Positions 28,716 through 38,512 are shown, numbered from the stretch's first letter. The stretch is 53,008 bases of DNA from a virus (IMGVR_UViG_3300025120_013163:1-53008); one strand, 5' to 3'. Made by a program: numbers and translations. Notes: a model not told the origin generated them from the letters alone.

Positions 28716-29687
28716 ATGAAAAAAGCATTTATTACAGGAATTAATGGGCAAGACGGCAGTTATTTAGCTGAATATTTATTAGAATTAGGATATGAGGTAC
28801 ATGGTACAGTTAGAAGAAATTCAACTCCTGAAAACCAAGATACAAGAATAGAAAAAATACATAATAAAATTAATACTTATTATGCTGATTTACTAGATCA
28901 AGGTAGTATTGAAAGGTTATTAGATGACATACAGCCTGATGAAATATATAATATCGCTGCCCAATCCCACGTAAGAATTAGTTTTGACATTCCCCAATTT
29001 ACAGTACAAACAAATGCCTTAGGTGTTCTTAATATATTAGAAGCATATAGACGTTCCTGTCCTAAAGCAAAATTTTACCAAGCAAGTAGTTCTGAAATGT
29101 TTGGTTTGTCTGTTGATAATGATAATTTTCAAAGAGAAACTACCACAATGAACCCAGTATCACCTTATGGATGTTCTAAAGTATTTGGTTATAATATTGT
29201 AAGAAATTATAGACGTGCTTATGGGTTACATGCTACAAACGGTATTTTATTTAATCATGAATCACCTAGAAGAGGTAGTAATTTTGTAACTAATAAAGTA
29301 GTAAAGGCAGCAGTAAGGATTAAATTAGGTTTACAAGATAAATTAGAATTAGGTAATATGGATTCTTATAGAGATTGGGGTCATTCATATGATTATGTTA
29401 GGGCAATGCACTTAATGGTGCAACATAATAAACCTGAGGATTGGGTAGTATCAACTATGGAAACACATTCAGTAAGAGAAATGTGTGAATTAGTATTTAA
29501 CTATTTAAATTTAGACTATAAAGATTATGTAACACAAAATCCTAAATTTTTAAGACCAGAAGAATTACCTTATTTAAAAGGAGATTCTACAAAAATTAGA
29601 ACAGAATTAGGTTGGAAACCCACATATACTTTTAAAAGTATGATGGAAGAAATGACTGATCATTGGTTAAAATACTATAAAAAATGA
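28716..29687 (+). CDS. gmd: GDP-mannose 4,6-dehydratase
   Basis: FITGINGQDGSYLAE, AAQSHV, QASSSE, SPYGCSK, NHESPRRG and RDWGH motifs. Confidence 0.96.
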   Translation: MKKAFITGINGQDGSYLAEYLLELGYEVHGTVRRNSTPENQDTRIEKIHNKINTYYADLLDQGSIERLLDDIQPDEIYNIAAQSHVRISFDIPQFTVQTNALGVLNILEAYRRSCPKAKFYQASSSEMFGLSVDNDNFQRETTTMNPVSPYGCSKVFGYNIVRNYRRAYGLHATNGILFNHESPRRGSNFVTNKVVKAAVRIKLGLQDKLELGNMDSYRDWGHSYDYVRAMHLMVQHNKPEDWVVSTMETHSVREMCELVFNYLNLDYKDYVTQNPKFLRPEELPYLKGDSTKIRTELGWKPTYTFKSMMEEMTDHWLKYYKK

Positions 29688-30577
29688 AAATAGCATTCTT
29701 TACAGAAGGACAATATCAAGGTAAAATATCTAGGAATAATCCTAATATGCGAACAGATTTAGCATGGATATGTTCATTAGAAGCAGATCATTGGAGTATA
29801 AACCAACAACCTGACCAACAATATGACTTAGGTATTGTTATCATTCCAAAGAAAAACCCACAATTTGATTTAAATAAATTAAAACAATATTGTAGTAAAA
29901 TAGCTGTAATGCAAGAAGGTCCTAATTGGTACTGGCAAGATTATCCATTACAACAACAAATATGGTATTTTAATACTATACAAGAAGCTGACTTTATGTT
30001 TGTTCATAATATATTAGATAAAAAATATTATGAGGGTTTAACAGGTAAAGAATGTAAAATTTTACCTAGTTTGATGATTGAAGATTCAATTAATAATCTA
30101 CCACAAGTTGAAAGAAAAGACATTATTATAGGTGGTAATTTTTGCAGTTGGTACGGTGGATTTGATTCTTACATAATAGCACAGGAAGCAGATTGTCCCA
30201 TTTATATCCCAAGTATGGGTAGAAAAATTGAAGGTGAAGAACAAATGCCTAATTTAAATCATTTACCTTATATGAATTGGGTAGAATGGATTAAATCACT
30301 TAATAATTTTAAATATGGTATTCATTTAATGCGTACACATGCTGCAGGTACATTTGCTTTAAATTGTGCTTATTTAGGCATACCTTGTATTGGGTATGAA
30401 GGTTTAGACACACAAGAAATATGCCATCCAGACTTAACTGTAAAAATGGGAGATTTATCTACAGCAAAAGAAAAATTAAATAGGTTAAAAACAGACAAAG
30501 ATTTTTATGATTTATGTTCTGAATTAGCAAAATTTGGATATGAAAATAATTATAATGAAAAAAAATTTAAGATATGA
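29684..30577 (+). CDS. putative GT-B glycosyltransferase
   Basis: MKIAFF start, AAGTFALNCAYLGIPCIG; glycan locus context. Confidence 0.6.
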   Translation: MKIAFFTEGQYQGKISRNNPNMRTDLAWICSLEADHWSINQQPDQQYDLGIVIIPKKNPQFDLNKLKQYCSKIAVMQEGPNWYWQDYPLQQQIWYFNTIQEADFMFVHNILDKKYYEGLTGKECKILPSLMIEDSINNLPQVERKDIIIGGNFCSWYGGFDSYIIAQEADCPIYIPSMGRKIEGEEQMPNLNHLPYMNWVEWIKSLNNFKYGIHLMRTHAAGTFALNCAYLGIPCIGYEGLDTQEICHPDLTVKMGDLSTAKEKLNRLKTDKDFYDLCSELAKFGYENNYNEKKFKI

Positions 30578-31749
30578 AAATAAGTTTAATACAACCTGGT
30601 AGAAATAATCTTAAGTACCTTAAATGGTCTTACGATTCAATAAGAAAAAATCAAGGCAACCATGAAGTACAAATTTGTGTAGCAGATGATGCTAGTACAG
30701 ATGGTACATGGGATTGGTGTCAAGCAATGATGGCTGAAGATGGTGCATTTGATGCAATTAGAAATGAAGGCCCAGAGCGATTAGGTCACACAATTTTATA
30801 TGACAGATTAGTTAATGAAGTAGCTGAACATGATATTTGTATGATTTATCATGCAGACATGTATTTAATGCCTGGTGCGTTAGATCAAATTGAACACAAG
30901 TTAAAAGATAAAACAATTGTATCTTTAACTCGTATTGAACCACCTTTACACCCTGATGGACCTGAAAAAATGTTAATGGACTTTGGTGTTGAACCTGAAG
31001 AATTTAAAGAAGAAGAATTATTAGAATGGTTTAAAGATGTTCAATTACAACAATCAACTAAAATAACTGAAGGCATATTTGCACCTTGGGCATTTTATAA
31101 GTCAGATTTTCAAGAAATAGGTGGACATGATCCTTTATACGCACCACAATCTAAAGAAGATAGTGATATATTTAATCGTTTTCAATTAAACGGAATCAAA
31201 TTTGTACAAACATGGGGTGGATGTGTTTATCATATGACTTGTAGAGGTAGTAGAAGAAATACAGTTGATAAAGCTAAAAACATATATGAAGATTCTCCAG
31301 AATGGTTAGCACAAAACAAAAGATCATCTCGTAATTTTATTCGTAAATGGGGTCATTTTGTTAAACATGATAGTTTAATGAAACCTATTATACCCCCTAA
31401 ATATGATATAGGGATTATACTTAATAATAAAAATATAAATTTGCTAAACAATTTAGAACCCTGGTGTAATACTATATATACTAACTGCAATATCCAGGAT
31501 TATATTAAAGTTGAACAACAAAACACAATTATGGATTTATATGAAAGAGTAAAACCATATGATAATGAAAAAAACAACAATATTTTAATTACTATTGATA
31601 ATAATTTTAATGAACAAGATATGCAATATTTATCTCAATTATCTGAAATATTAGAAGATAATGGAGAAATTGGAAAATTTGAATTAGGTAATTTAAAAAT
31701 AGATATTATTGAAATAAAAAATTATGTTAATGAATTAATTAAGTTGTAA
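30574..31749 (+). CDS. glycosyltransferase family 2
   Basis: VADDASTDGT, HADM, IGGHD and EDSD motifs. Confidence 0.88.
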   Translation: MKISLIQPGRNNLKYLKWSYDSIRKNQGNHEVQICVADDASTDGTWDWCQAMMAEDGAFDAIRNEGPERLGHTILYDRLVNEVAEHDICMIYHADMYLMPGALDQIEHKLKDKTIVSLTRIEPPLHPDGPEKMLMDFGVEPEEFKEEELLEWFKDVQLQQSTKITEGIFAPWAFYKSDFQEIGGHDPLYAPQSKEDSDIFNRFQLNGIKFVQTWGGCVYHMTCRGSRRNTVDKAKNIYEDSPEWLAQNKRSSRNFIRKWGHFVKHDSLMKPIIPPKYDIGIILNNKNINLLNNLEPWCNTIYTNCNIQDYIKVEQQNTIMDLYERVKPYDNEKNNNILITIDNNFNEQDMQYLSQLSEILEDNGEIGKFELGNLKIDIIEIKNYVNELIKL

Positions 31750-31784
31750 TATTTATAATAGTATCAACCCTAAAACTTATTACT

Positions 31785-32102
31785 ATGGAAGAAAAAACTA
31801 CGAAAAGAAAAATTACAAGTATAGAGATAAGTTATAGTAATAAAAGAGAACTAAAAGAATTATCTAATAAAGAAGAATTTAGAGATGTTATAATGAGAGA
31901 TTCTTTTAAAGCAATTAAAGAAGCAATTAAAAAAGATAAAACAACAGTAGAATTATTTAATATAGTAAATTTATCTATAATAATAAAACTATCCTACTTA
32001 TACTACCCATCAGCATTAAAAAAAATAAGTAATTATTTTGAGGAGTATGAAGAATATGAAAAATGTGCTGAAATAAAACAATTAATTAATAAAATAAAAT
32101 AA
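31785..32102 (+). CDS. hypothetical protein with C-terminal UVR (UvrB/C)-like motif
   Basis: EEYEEYEKCAEIK. Confidence 0.6.
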   Translation: MEEKTTKRKITSIEISYSNKRELKELSNKEEFRDVIMRDSFKAIKEAIKKDKTTVELFNIVNLSIIIKLSYLYYPSALKKISNYFEEYEEYEKCAEIKQLINKIK

Positions 32103-32106
32103 AATA

Positions 32107-33927
32107 ATGAAAAAGCTAATATTAGCTGTAATAGTCTTGCTTGGACTACAAATACAAGCACAAACCTTTGTAAGTACAACTCCTGAAAACAGAAATGTTA
32201 TACTTGAAGAATTTACAGGTATATATTGTACATATTGTCCTGATGGACATTTAATAGCTCAAGGTTTACATGATGCTAATCCAATGGATGTTTTCTTAAT
32301 TAATATACACACAGGTGGATATGCTAATCCAAATGGACCAAGTGATCCTGATTTTAACTGTTTATTTGGAGCTGCAATTGCAGCTAATTCGGGTTTAGCA
32401 GGTTATCCAGCTGGTACTATTAATAGAGCAACATTTAGTGGAATATCTCCTCAAGGTAGTCCAGGTACTACAGCTTTAAGTAGAGGTGATTGGGTAGCAG
32501 CATCAGCTGATATTATGTCACAACTATCTTATGTTAATGTTGGTGTTCAAGCAAGTTACGATATGTCTACTGGTATTTTAACAGTTAATACGGAAACATA
32601 TTACACACAAACTACTACAAACATAAATGTGTTACACGTAGCAGTAGTACAAAATAACGTACCAGGTCCTCAAACAGGTGCTTTATCATATAACCCAAAT
32701 GCAATAATAACAGGACCTTGGAACCCAACTTATAACCATCAACATATGTTTAGACATTTAATGGATGGTGCTAATGGTTTAGAATTTAATGTTACAACTG
32801 CGGGTACATTTGTTCCTAATACACATACATGGCAAATGCCTACTAATTTAGCTAGTGGTCAATCAACTACTGGATTTTTTCCAGATTTAGACCCTACAAA
32901 TTTAGATGTTGTAGCTTATATAACTGAAGGTCCAGGTGAAATTATTACTGGTTTTCAAGCTAATGTAGCACCTATATTTCCAAATGCATATGACGCTAAT
33001 GTAACTAACTCAACAGCTGAAAGTGTTGTTTGTGCTAGTGAAACAGATATAACTATTACATTTAGAAATTATGGTAATCAAAATTTAACATCATTAGATT
33101 TAACTTATGATATTAATGGTAGTACTTATCCTGCTATTAATTGGACTGGTAATTTAGCTTCAGGTGCTGAAGAAACATTAACCCTTAATAGTGTTACTTT
33201 TACACCACAAGCTAATAATACAGTTACTTGGGTAGCTAGTAATCCTAATGGACAAATAGATCAAAATACAACTAATAATTCATTAATTTCTACATTTACA
33301 CATTTTGATTTAAATGGTGATGTAGTAAACGGAATATCACCTGGAACTATTAATGTAGATATTTTAACTGATGGTTATGGAAGTGAAACAACATGGGAAG
33401 TTATTGATGAAAGTGGTATAGTAGTTGGTTCTGGTGGTCCTTATAATAACAATACTCAATATAATGAAACTGCTTATGTAAATAGTAATGAGTGTTATAC
33501 TTTTAATTTATATGATTCATACGGTGATGGAATGTGTTGCGCAAATGGTGTAGGTGAAGTAGTAGTAATGGATCAAAATGGTAATACTATTTTTGAAGGT
33601 GATCCTGTTAATTTACAAAATTTTACAGAATTAGGTGTGTATTTTTCTACAGGTATGGGAAGTAGTAATTCATGGGAATGTACACCATTTGGATGTGCTG
33701 ACGTAGGTATTGGTCTTGGAACGTATGCTACGCAATTAGATTGTGAATCTGATATAGCTAATGCAAATACACCATGTTTTGTTATAACAAGTATAAACGA
33801 AATAGAATTATCTACTAAAATTAATAAAATTTATGATGTATTAGGCAGAGAATATAAATCTAAAGTTGGAGAATTAGAAAATGGTTTGTATATTATCGAT
33901 AACATTAAAGTAATAATTAATAAATAA
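32107..33927 (+). CDS. secreted Omp28-like thioredoxin-fold protein with Ig/CARDB-like domain and T9SS-like C-terminus
   Basis: Sec signal MKKLILAVIVLLGLQIQA, NVILEEFTGIYCTYCPDG, HQHMFR; C-terminus KIYDVLGR...GLYII..KVII. Confidence 0.8.
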   Translation: MKKLILAVIVLLGLQIQAQTFVSTTPENRNVILEEFTGIYCTYCPDGHLIAQGLHDANPMDVFLINIHTGGYANPNGPSDPDFNCLFGAAIAANSGLAGYPAGTINRATFSGISPQGSPGTTALSRGDWVAASADIMSQLSYVNVGVQASYDMSTGILTVNTETYYTQTTTNINVLHVAVVQNNVPGPQTGALSYNPNAIITGPWNPTYNHQHMFRHLMDGANGLEFNVTTAGTFVPNTHTWQMPTNLASGQSTTGFFPDLDPTNLDVVAYITEGPGEIITGFQANVAPIFPNAYDANVTNSTAESVVCASETDITITFRNYGNQNLTSLDLTYDINGSTYPAINWTGNLASGAEETLTLNSVTFTPQANNTVTWVASNPNGQIDQNTTNNSLISTFTHFDLNGDVVNGISPGTINVDILTDGYGSETTWEVIDESGIVVGSGGPYNNNTQYNETAYVNSNECYTFNLYDSYGDGMCCANGVGEVVVMDQNGNTIFEGDPVNLQNFTELGVYFSTGMGSSNSWECTPFGCADVGIGLGTYATQLDCESDIANANTPCFVITSINEIELSTKINKIYDVLGREYKSKVGELENGLYIIDNIKVIINK

Positions 33928-33931
33928 ACAT

Positions 33932-34084
33932 ATGCAAAAATATGGAATGTTCTTAAAGTCAGGCAATGAAATAATTCATAGGACAAGTGCAGATAGTTTA
34001 ACAACAGCTTATAATTATTTTGCTAAATCAAAAGATATGTCTTTAACAGCATTTAAAAAAATATTTATTGTAATAAAATTATAA
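33932..34084 (+). CDS. small hypothetical protein (50 aa)
   Basis: ATG33932-TAA34084 fills the gap. Confidence 0.55.
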   Translation: MQKYGMFLKSGNEIIHRTSADSLTTAYNYFAKSKDMSLTAFKKIFIVIKL

Positions 34085-34087
34085 ACT

Positions 34088-34270
34088 ATGGATTTTCAAG
34101 GAAAAAGTAAAAAAAGCTATGAAGCTAGCACTAAGGCAGTAGGATACAGTATTATATCGATGATAATATTGTTAATAGGGATGACTTTATTTAGTAGTTG
34201 TGCTACTACTAAAGTAGATAAATGTTGTAAAAATTCAGATAAAATAATAGAACATTACGAAACTAAGTAA
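34088..34270 (+). CDS. small membrane protein / possible lipoprotein
   Basis: hydrophobic stretch followed by lipobox-like FSSC. Confidence 0.55.
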   Translation: MDFQGKSKKSYEASTKAVGYSIISMIILLIGMTLFSSCATTKVDKCCKNSDKIIEHYETK

Positions 34271-34272
34271 TA

Positions 34273-34674
34273 ATGGGTGAGTTATTTGAAGGCGAGGATG
34301 ACATCAGGGGTTTATTTAAACAGATGTTAGGAAGTGATATTATTATTAAAGATAATATTAAAGAAAGTGAGGAAAAATTATTTATTTTATTTGTAGAACA
34401 ATTAGAAAAAGCAAAAAACTTAGAAGACAAGGTTATTGATATGGGATTAGACGTTAATCCCTTAGTTAGTCCTCTTTGGATAGTAATAGAAAATATGTTA
34501 AAATTACAATTTGGGTTAGATACGACTAATCTTATTATGTTTTATTTGTATGATAGAATTGGACCTGATGGTAAAATTATCCCACTAGTTGAAGAAGAAT
34601 CAGATAAAAAATTCAAATTAAAAACTCCTAAAGATTTATTTGCATATATTAAGTTTAGATATTCCGATAAATAA
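34273..34674 (+). CDS. hypothetical protein
   Basis: 133 aa ORF. Confidence 0.7.
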   Translation: MGELFEGEDDIRGLFKQMLGSDIIIKDNIKESEEKLFILFVEQLEKAKNLEDKVIDMGLDVNPLVSPLWIVIENMLKLQFGLDTTNLIMFYLYDRIGPDGKIIPLVEEESDKKFKLKTPKDLFAYIKFRYSDK

Positions 34675-34706
34675 TTTGGATATCTAAAATATTTTTCGTA
34701 TATTTA
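34675..34706 (+). promoter_or_regulatory. repeated promoter TGG-N15-TTCGTATATT
   Basis: tttgg-atatctaaaatattt-ttcgtatattta. Confidence 0.82.
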
Positions 34707-34726
34707 TCTAATAAACATTATAAAGT

Positions 34727-34969
34727 ATGGAAATGATAAATTGTGCTAGGTGTGGAGCTGCTATGCCTAAATTAAGATTAACAAAATTTGGATATGATTT
34801 TTGTATTAATTGTTCAACTGAAAAACCTAAAAGAGCAATAAATGTAACTGGTGGTAGTGGTGATCATACTTATAATACTATTAAAGTCGTAACATCAGAT
34901 CAATATGACTCTTATCAAAAGCAGCAAGAATTGAATAAGAAAGTAAAGTTTGGAGATGCCGAAAGCTAA
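34727..34969 (+). CDS. DksA/TraR-like C4 zinc-finger protein
   Basis: CARCGAAMPKLRL...FCINC. Confidence 0.65.
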   Translation: MEMINCARCGAAMPKLRLTKFGYDFCINCSTEKPKRAINVTGGSGDHTYNTIKVVTSDQYDSYQKQQELNKKVKFGDAES

Positions 34970-35579
34970 ACCACTTACTAAAGAAATGATTTTAGCTGCT
35001 ATGTCTCAAACTAAAAGTAATAGAGCAGCATGTAGGTATCTTAATGTAAGTTATATACATTATAAAAGGTGGGCTAAGTTATATGAGAGTGATACTCATG
35101 ATAATTTATTTGAACAACATAAAAACCAATGTGGTAAAGGTATTCCTAAATTTTTAAGAGGCAAAGGAAAAGAACCAGCATTAATAGACATAATTGAAGG
35201 TAGAGTTGATGCATCATCATTTTCACCAGATAAAATAAAATATAGATTAATAACAGAAGGTCATTTATTAGAAGAATGTGCTACTTGTAAATTTAATGAA
35301 CGTAGAGTATCTGATTATAAAATGCCTTTATTACTACATTTCAAGGACAATAATAAAAAAAATTATAGAAAGGAAAATATAGAATTATTATGCTACAATC
35401 ATTATTTTTTAACTGTTGGAGATATATTTACAAATAAACAAATTAAAGGTATTGAAGATCATAAACCTGTAAATCAAAGTACCGTTGAGTGGGAATTAGA
35501 TAATTATCAACTCCAACAATTAGAAAAGTTAGGATTAAGTAATACTAAAAGTGAAGATGATTATATATCAAGAATATAA
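34950..35579 (+). CDS. HNH-like endonuclease with N-terminal HTH-like region
   Basis: ECATC...LLHFKDNN...NIELLCYNH. Confidence 0.7.
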   Translation: MEMPKAKPLTKEMILAAMSQTKSNRAACRYLNVSYIHYKRWAKLYESDTHDNLFEQHKNQCGKGIPKFLRGKGKEPALIDIIEGRVDASSFSPDKIKYRLITEGHLLEECATCKFNERRVSDYKMPLLLHFKDNNKKNYRKENIELLCYNHYFLTVGDIFTNKQIKGIEDHKPVNQSTVEWELDNYQLQQLEKLGLSNTKSEDDYISRI

Positions 35580-35752
35580 TGAAGAAATATAAAGGTTTAA
35601 AACATAAAAAACATAATAAAATAGTTAATGATTATGATAAACAAAAAGAAAAACATCTTGAAAAATTAGCTACTAAAATATTAAAAAACGACGAAAAATC
35701 AGAAAAGTTAAAATCTAAACAAATTAAAGGAGACTTTTTAAAAAATTTCTAA
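35579..35752 (+). CDS. small basic hypothetical protein (57 aa)
   Basis: ATG35579-TAA35752, Lys-rich. Confidence 0.55.
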   Translation: MKKYKGLKHKKHNKIVNDYDKQKEKHLEKLATKILKNDEKSEKLKSKQIKGDFLKNF

Positions 35753-35754
35753 TT

Positions 35755-36315
35755 ATGGTAATGACAAAATCAAACAATGATCAAATATATTTTACTGCTA
35801 CTGCTGTTATATTATTAATTATAGCTTTAATTTTTGTAGTAAATAAAGCATCTAATGAAGTAGACCAATTACAACATGAATTAAATAATAACAATACATT
35901 AATTGATAGTTTAAAACATGAAATAGACTCATTAAATGAAAGATATCAAATATTTGATTCCCAACCTGCTAGAGAATTAATAGATCTTATTAACGCTATA
36001 TCTTATGTAGAAAGTAGTGGAAGAGATTCAGCATATAATGCTTCAGAAGATGCTGTTGGGTATTTACAAATAAGACAATGTATGGTTGAAGATGTAAATA
36101 GAATATTAAAACGAAAAGGATCTTCAGAAAGATATATATATGAAGATAGATGGTTAAGACATAAGTCAATACAAATGTTTAATATTTATTGTCAACATTA
36201 TAAATTAAGTACAGCTGAAGAAATAGCAAGATGTTGGAATGGAGGACCTAGAGGCATGCAAAACGAGATGACTGTAGGATATTGGAAAAAAGTAAGTAAT
36301 AAGTTAGATATATGA
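35755..36315 (+). CDS. lysozyme-like/lytic transglycosylase with N-terminal membrane anchor
   Basis: TM helix, coiled coil, AISYVESSG, AVGYLQI and IARCWNGGP. Confidence 0.8.
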   Translation: MVMTKSNNDQIYFTATAVILLIIALIFVVNKASNEVDQLQHELNNNNTLIDSLKHEIDSLNERYQIFDSQPARELIDLINAISYVESSGRDSAYNASEDAVGYLQIRQCMVEDVNRILKRKGSSERYIYEDRWLRHKSIQMFNIYCQHYKLSTAEEIARCWNGGPRGMQNEMTVGYWKKVSNKLDI

Positions 36316-36494
36316 TGAATTCTATAGACCATTTAAGATATATTTTTAACCATTTAGATGGGGAAATAGTAATTAATATTGAAGAAAATACACCTGGTGG
36401 TTTAAAAGCTTTATGTAATTTATATTCACTCCAATTACAATTAGAAAAAGAACGTTATAAAACTTCTCGGTTAATAGCTGAGTATTTAGCATAA
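36312..36494 (+). CDS. hypothetical protein
   Basis: 60 aa coupled ORF. Confidence 0.55.
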   Translation: MMNSIDHLRYIFNHLDGEIVINIEENTPGGLKALCNLYSLQLQLEKERYKTSRLIAEYLA

Positions 36495-36497
36495 ATT

Positions 36498-37868
36498 ATG
36501 AAACTAAAAGATTTTGATGTATTAAGGACATCTACCTTAAAAAATAATATGGGTGAGTTATCTATATGTAAAGGAAAAAATGATGGTAAAATTGTAATTC
36601 ATAGATACGCAAATAGAGGTAAAATCCAAAATTGGATAGAAAATTATGAATATATAGATAAAGAAAGTACAAGCTTTCTTATACCTTTAACACCTACAAA
36701 ATCTAATGAAATACTTGATAGATTAGAATCTGGTATACCTTATTCTGGTATTTTTATTTTTTACGAAGATAATAATTTAACAGAAGAAGTAGACGACAGA
36801 GAAAAATCAGAAGAAGAGCATAAGTTTACTTCAACGGGTGTAAAATTTTGGAAACATGTTGAAGCAATGACTTCTTATAAAGAAGGAACAGGAAGAACTG
36901 TAGTTTCAACACATATATCACCTGAAGGAGCATGTAATCTTAAATGCCCTTATTGTTCTGTTACATATCGTGATACACATTCTAGGTTAGACTTAGATGT
37001 AATAAAAGATTATGTTGTAAAATTAAAAACAAGGGGATTAAAAGCAGTTATACTAACAGGAGGAGGAGAACCAACAGCATATAAATATTTTAATGAACTA
37101 GTACAATGGTTAAAATATGACCAAAAACTATCAGTTGCTCTTATTACAAATGGAACATTAGCTAAAAGATTAGAACCAAAAACACTAGCAGCATTTTCTT
37201 GGGTTAGAGTTAGTATTAATATGTTTACTAATTGGGAAAAAAGAATAGGTGATAATTTTAATACATCTGATTTAAATGAAGAATGTATAGTAGGTTGTTC
37301 AATGGTGTATACTGTTGAACATGAGATGACAGAAGATATAATGACAGATAGAGTTAAGTTACTACAAAAAGTTTCTAAAATAGCAGATAGATTAAATGCT
37401 AAATATATAAGATTACTTCCTAACTGCTTATTAGAACAAAAACACCTAATAGCTCAACATAAGGCATTAGATAAAACTTTACAACAAGTTAAAGATAATA
37501 GATTTTTTCATCAATATAAAGTACATGGAACTCCAAAATCTCATGTATGCCACCAATCATATTTTAGACCTTATTTAAGTGAAGAACCTCACCACGAAAC
37601 AGGTATACCTGGAACTGTATATCCTTGTGATAGTGTAGTATTAAATGATTCATACCAACATTTTGCAAAAGAATACCAATTATGTAAACCTGAAGACATT
37701 TTAGAATATCTTGATAAAAAGATAATGCCTAAATTTGATCCTTCTGAAAGGTGTAAAGGATGTGTATTTACTGAAAATGTTGATATGTTAGGAGATTGGG
37801 TAGAAGGTAAAGTAGATAAGATAGAAGAATATAAAAATGTAGAATTAGAACATAATGAATTTATATAA
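36498..37868 (+). CDS. radical SAM protein with C-terminal SPASM/twitch-like cysteines
   Basis: CNLKCPYC, LTGGGEPT, ITNG, VYPC and CKGC motifs. Confidence 0.9.
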   Translation: MKLKDFDVLRTSTLKNNMGELSICKGKNDGKIVIHRYANRGKIQNWIENYEYIDKESTSFLIPLTPTKSNEILDRLESGIPYSGIFIFYEDNNLTEEVDDREKSEEEHKFTSTGVKFWKHVEAMTSYKEGTGRTVVSTHISPEGACNLKCPYCSVTYRDTHSRLDLDVIKDYVVKLKTRGLKAVILTGGGEPTAYKYFNELVQWLKYDQKLSVALITNGTLAKRLEPKTLAAFSWVRVSINMFTNWEKRIGDNFNTSDLNEECIVGCSMVYTVEHEMTEDIMTDRVKLLQKVSKIADRLNAKYIRLLPNCLLEQKHLIAQHKALDKTLQQVKDNRFFHQYKVHGTPKSHVCHQSYFRPYLSEEPHHETGIPGTVYPCDSVVLNDSYQHFAKEYQLCKPEDILEYLDKKIMPKFDPSERCKGCVFTENVDMLGDWVEGKVDKIEEYKNVELEHNEFI

Positions 37869-37870
37869 AT

Positions 37871-38512
37871 ATGAATAAATACAATAAAGATTATTTTGAA
37901 AATGGTGTAGAATTAGGTATTAGTGGTTATACTAACTATAGATGGATGCCTGACTTAACAATACCTATGTGTGAAAGGTTTGTAAGTTATTTAGGAATTA
38001 AAAAGGGTGATAATTTATTAGATTATGGCTGTGCTAAAGGATTTTCTGTAGATGCTTTTAATAGGCTTGGGTATAACTGTTTTGGGGTTGATATTAGTGA
38101 ATATGCTATATCTAAGTGTAATAATTTAATAAAAAACAAACTTAAGATTTATAATGGATCTGAATCCTTACAGCATAGTGGGTTTGATAAGTTTGATTTT
38201 ATATTTGCTAAAGATGTATTTGAACATATAGAAAAACATGAATTAAAAGAATTATGTAAAACTTTATACAACCATACAAAAACATTATTTGTCGTTGTAC
38301 CTTTAGGTGAAGATAATAAATATATAATTCCTGAATATGAAGATGATATAACTCATATTATTAGAGAAAATAAAGAATGGTGGGAATTATTTTTTACTAA
38401 GATTGGATTCAATATTAAAAAATCAGAATATATAGTAAAGGGTATAAAAGATAATTGGTCTCAATATGAAAGGGGTAATGGTTTTTTTACATTAGAAACT
38501 AAATATGTATAA
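37871..38512 (+). CDS. class I SAM-dependent methyltransferase
   Basis: LLDYGCAKG, GVDISEYA and DVFEHI motifs. Confidence 0.9.
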   Translation: MNKYNKDYFENGVELGISGYTNYRWMPDLTIPMCERFVSYLGIKKGDNLLDYGCAKGFSVDAFNRLGYNCFGVDISEYAISKCNNLIKNKLKIYNGSESLQHSGFDKFDFIFAKDVFEHIEKHELKELCKTLYNHTKTLFVVVPLGEDNKYIIPEYEDDITHIIRENKEWWELFFTKIGFNIKKSEYIVKGIKDNWSQYERGNGFFTLETKYV

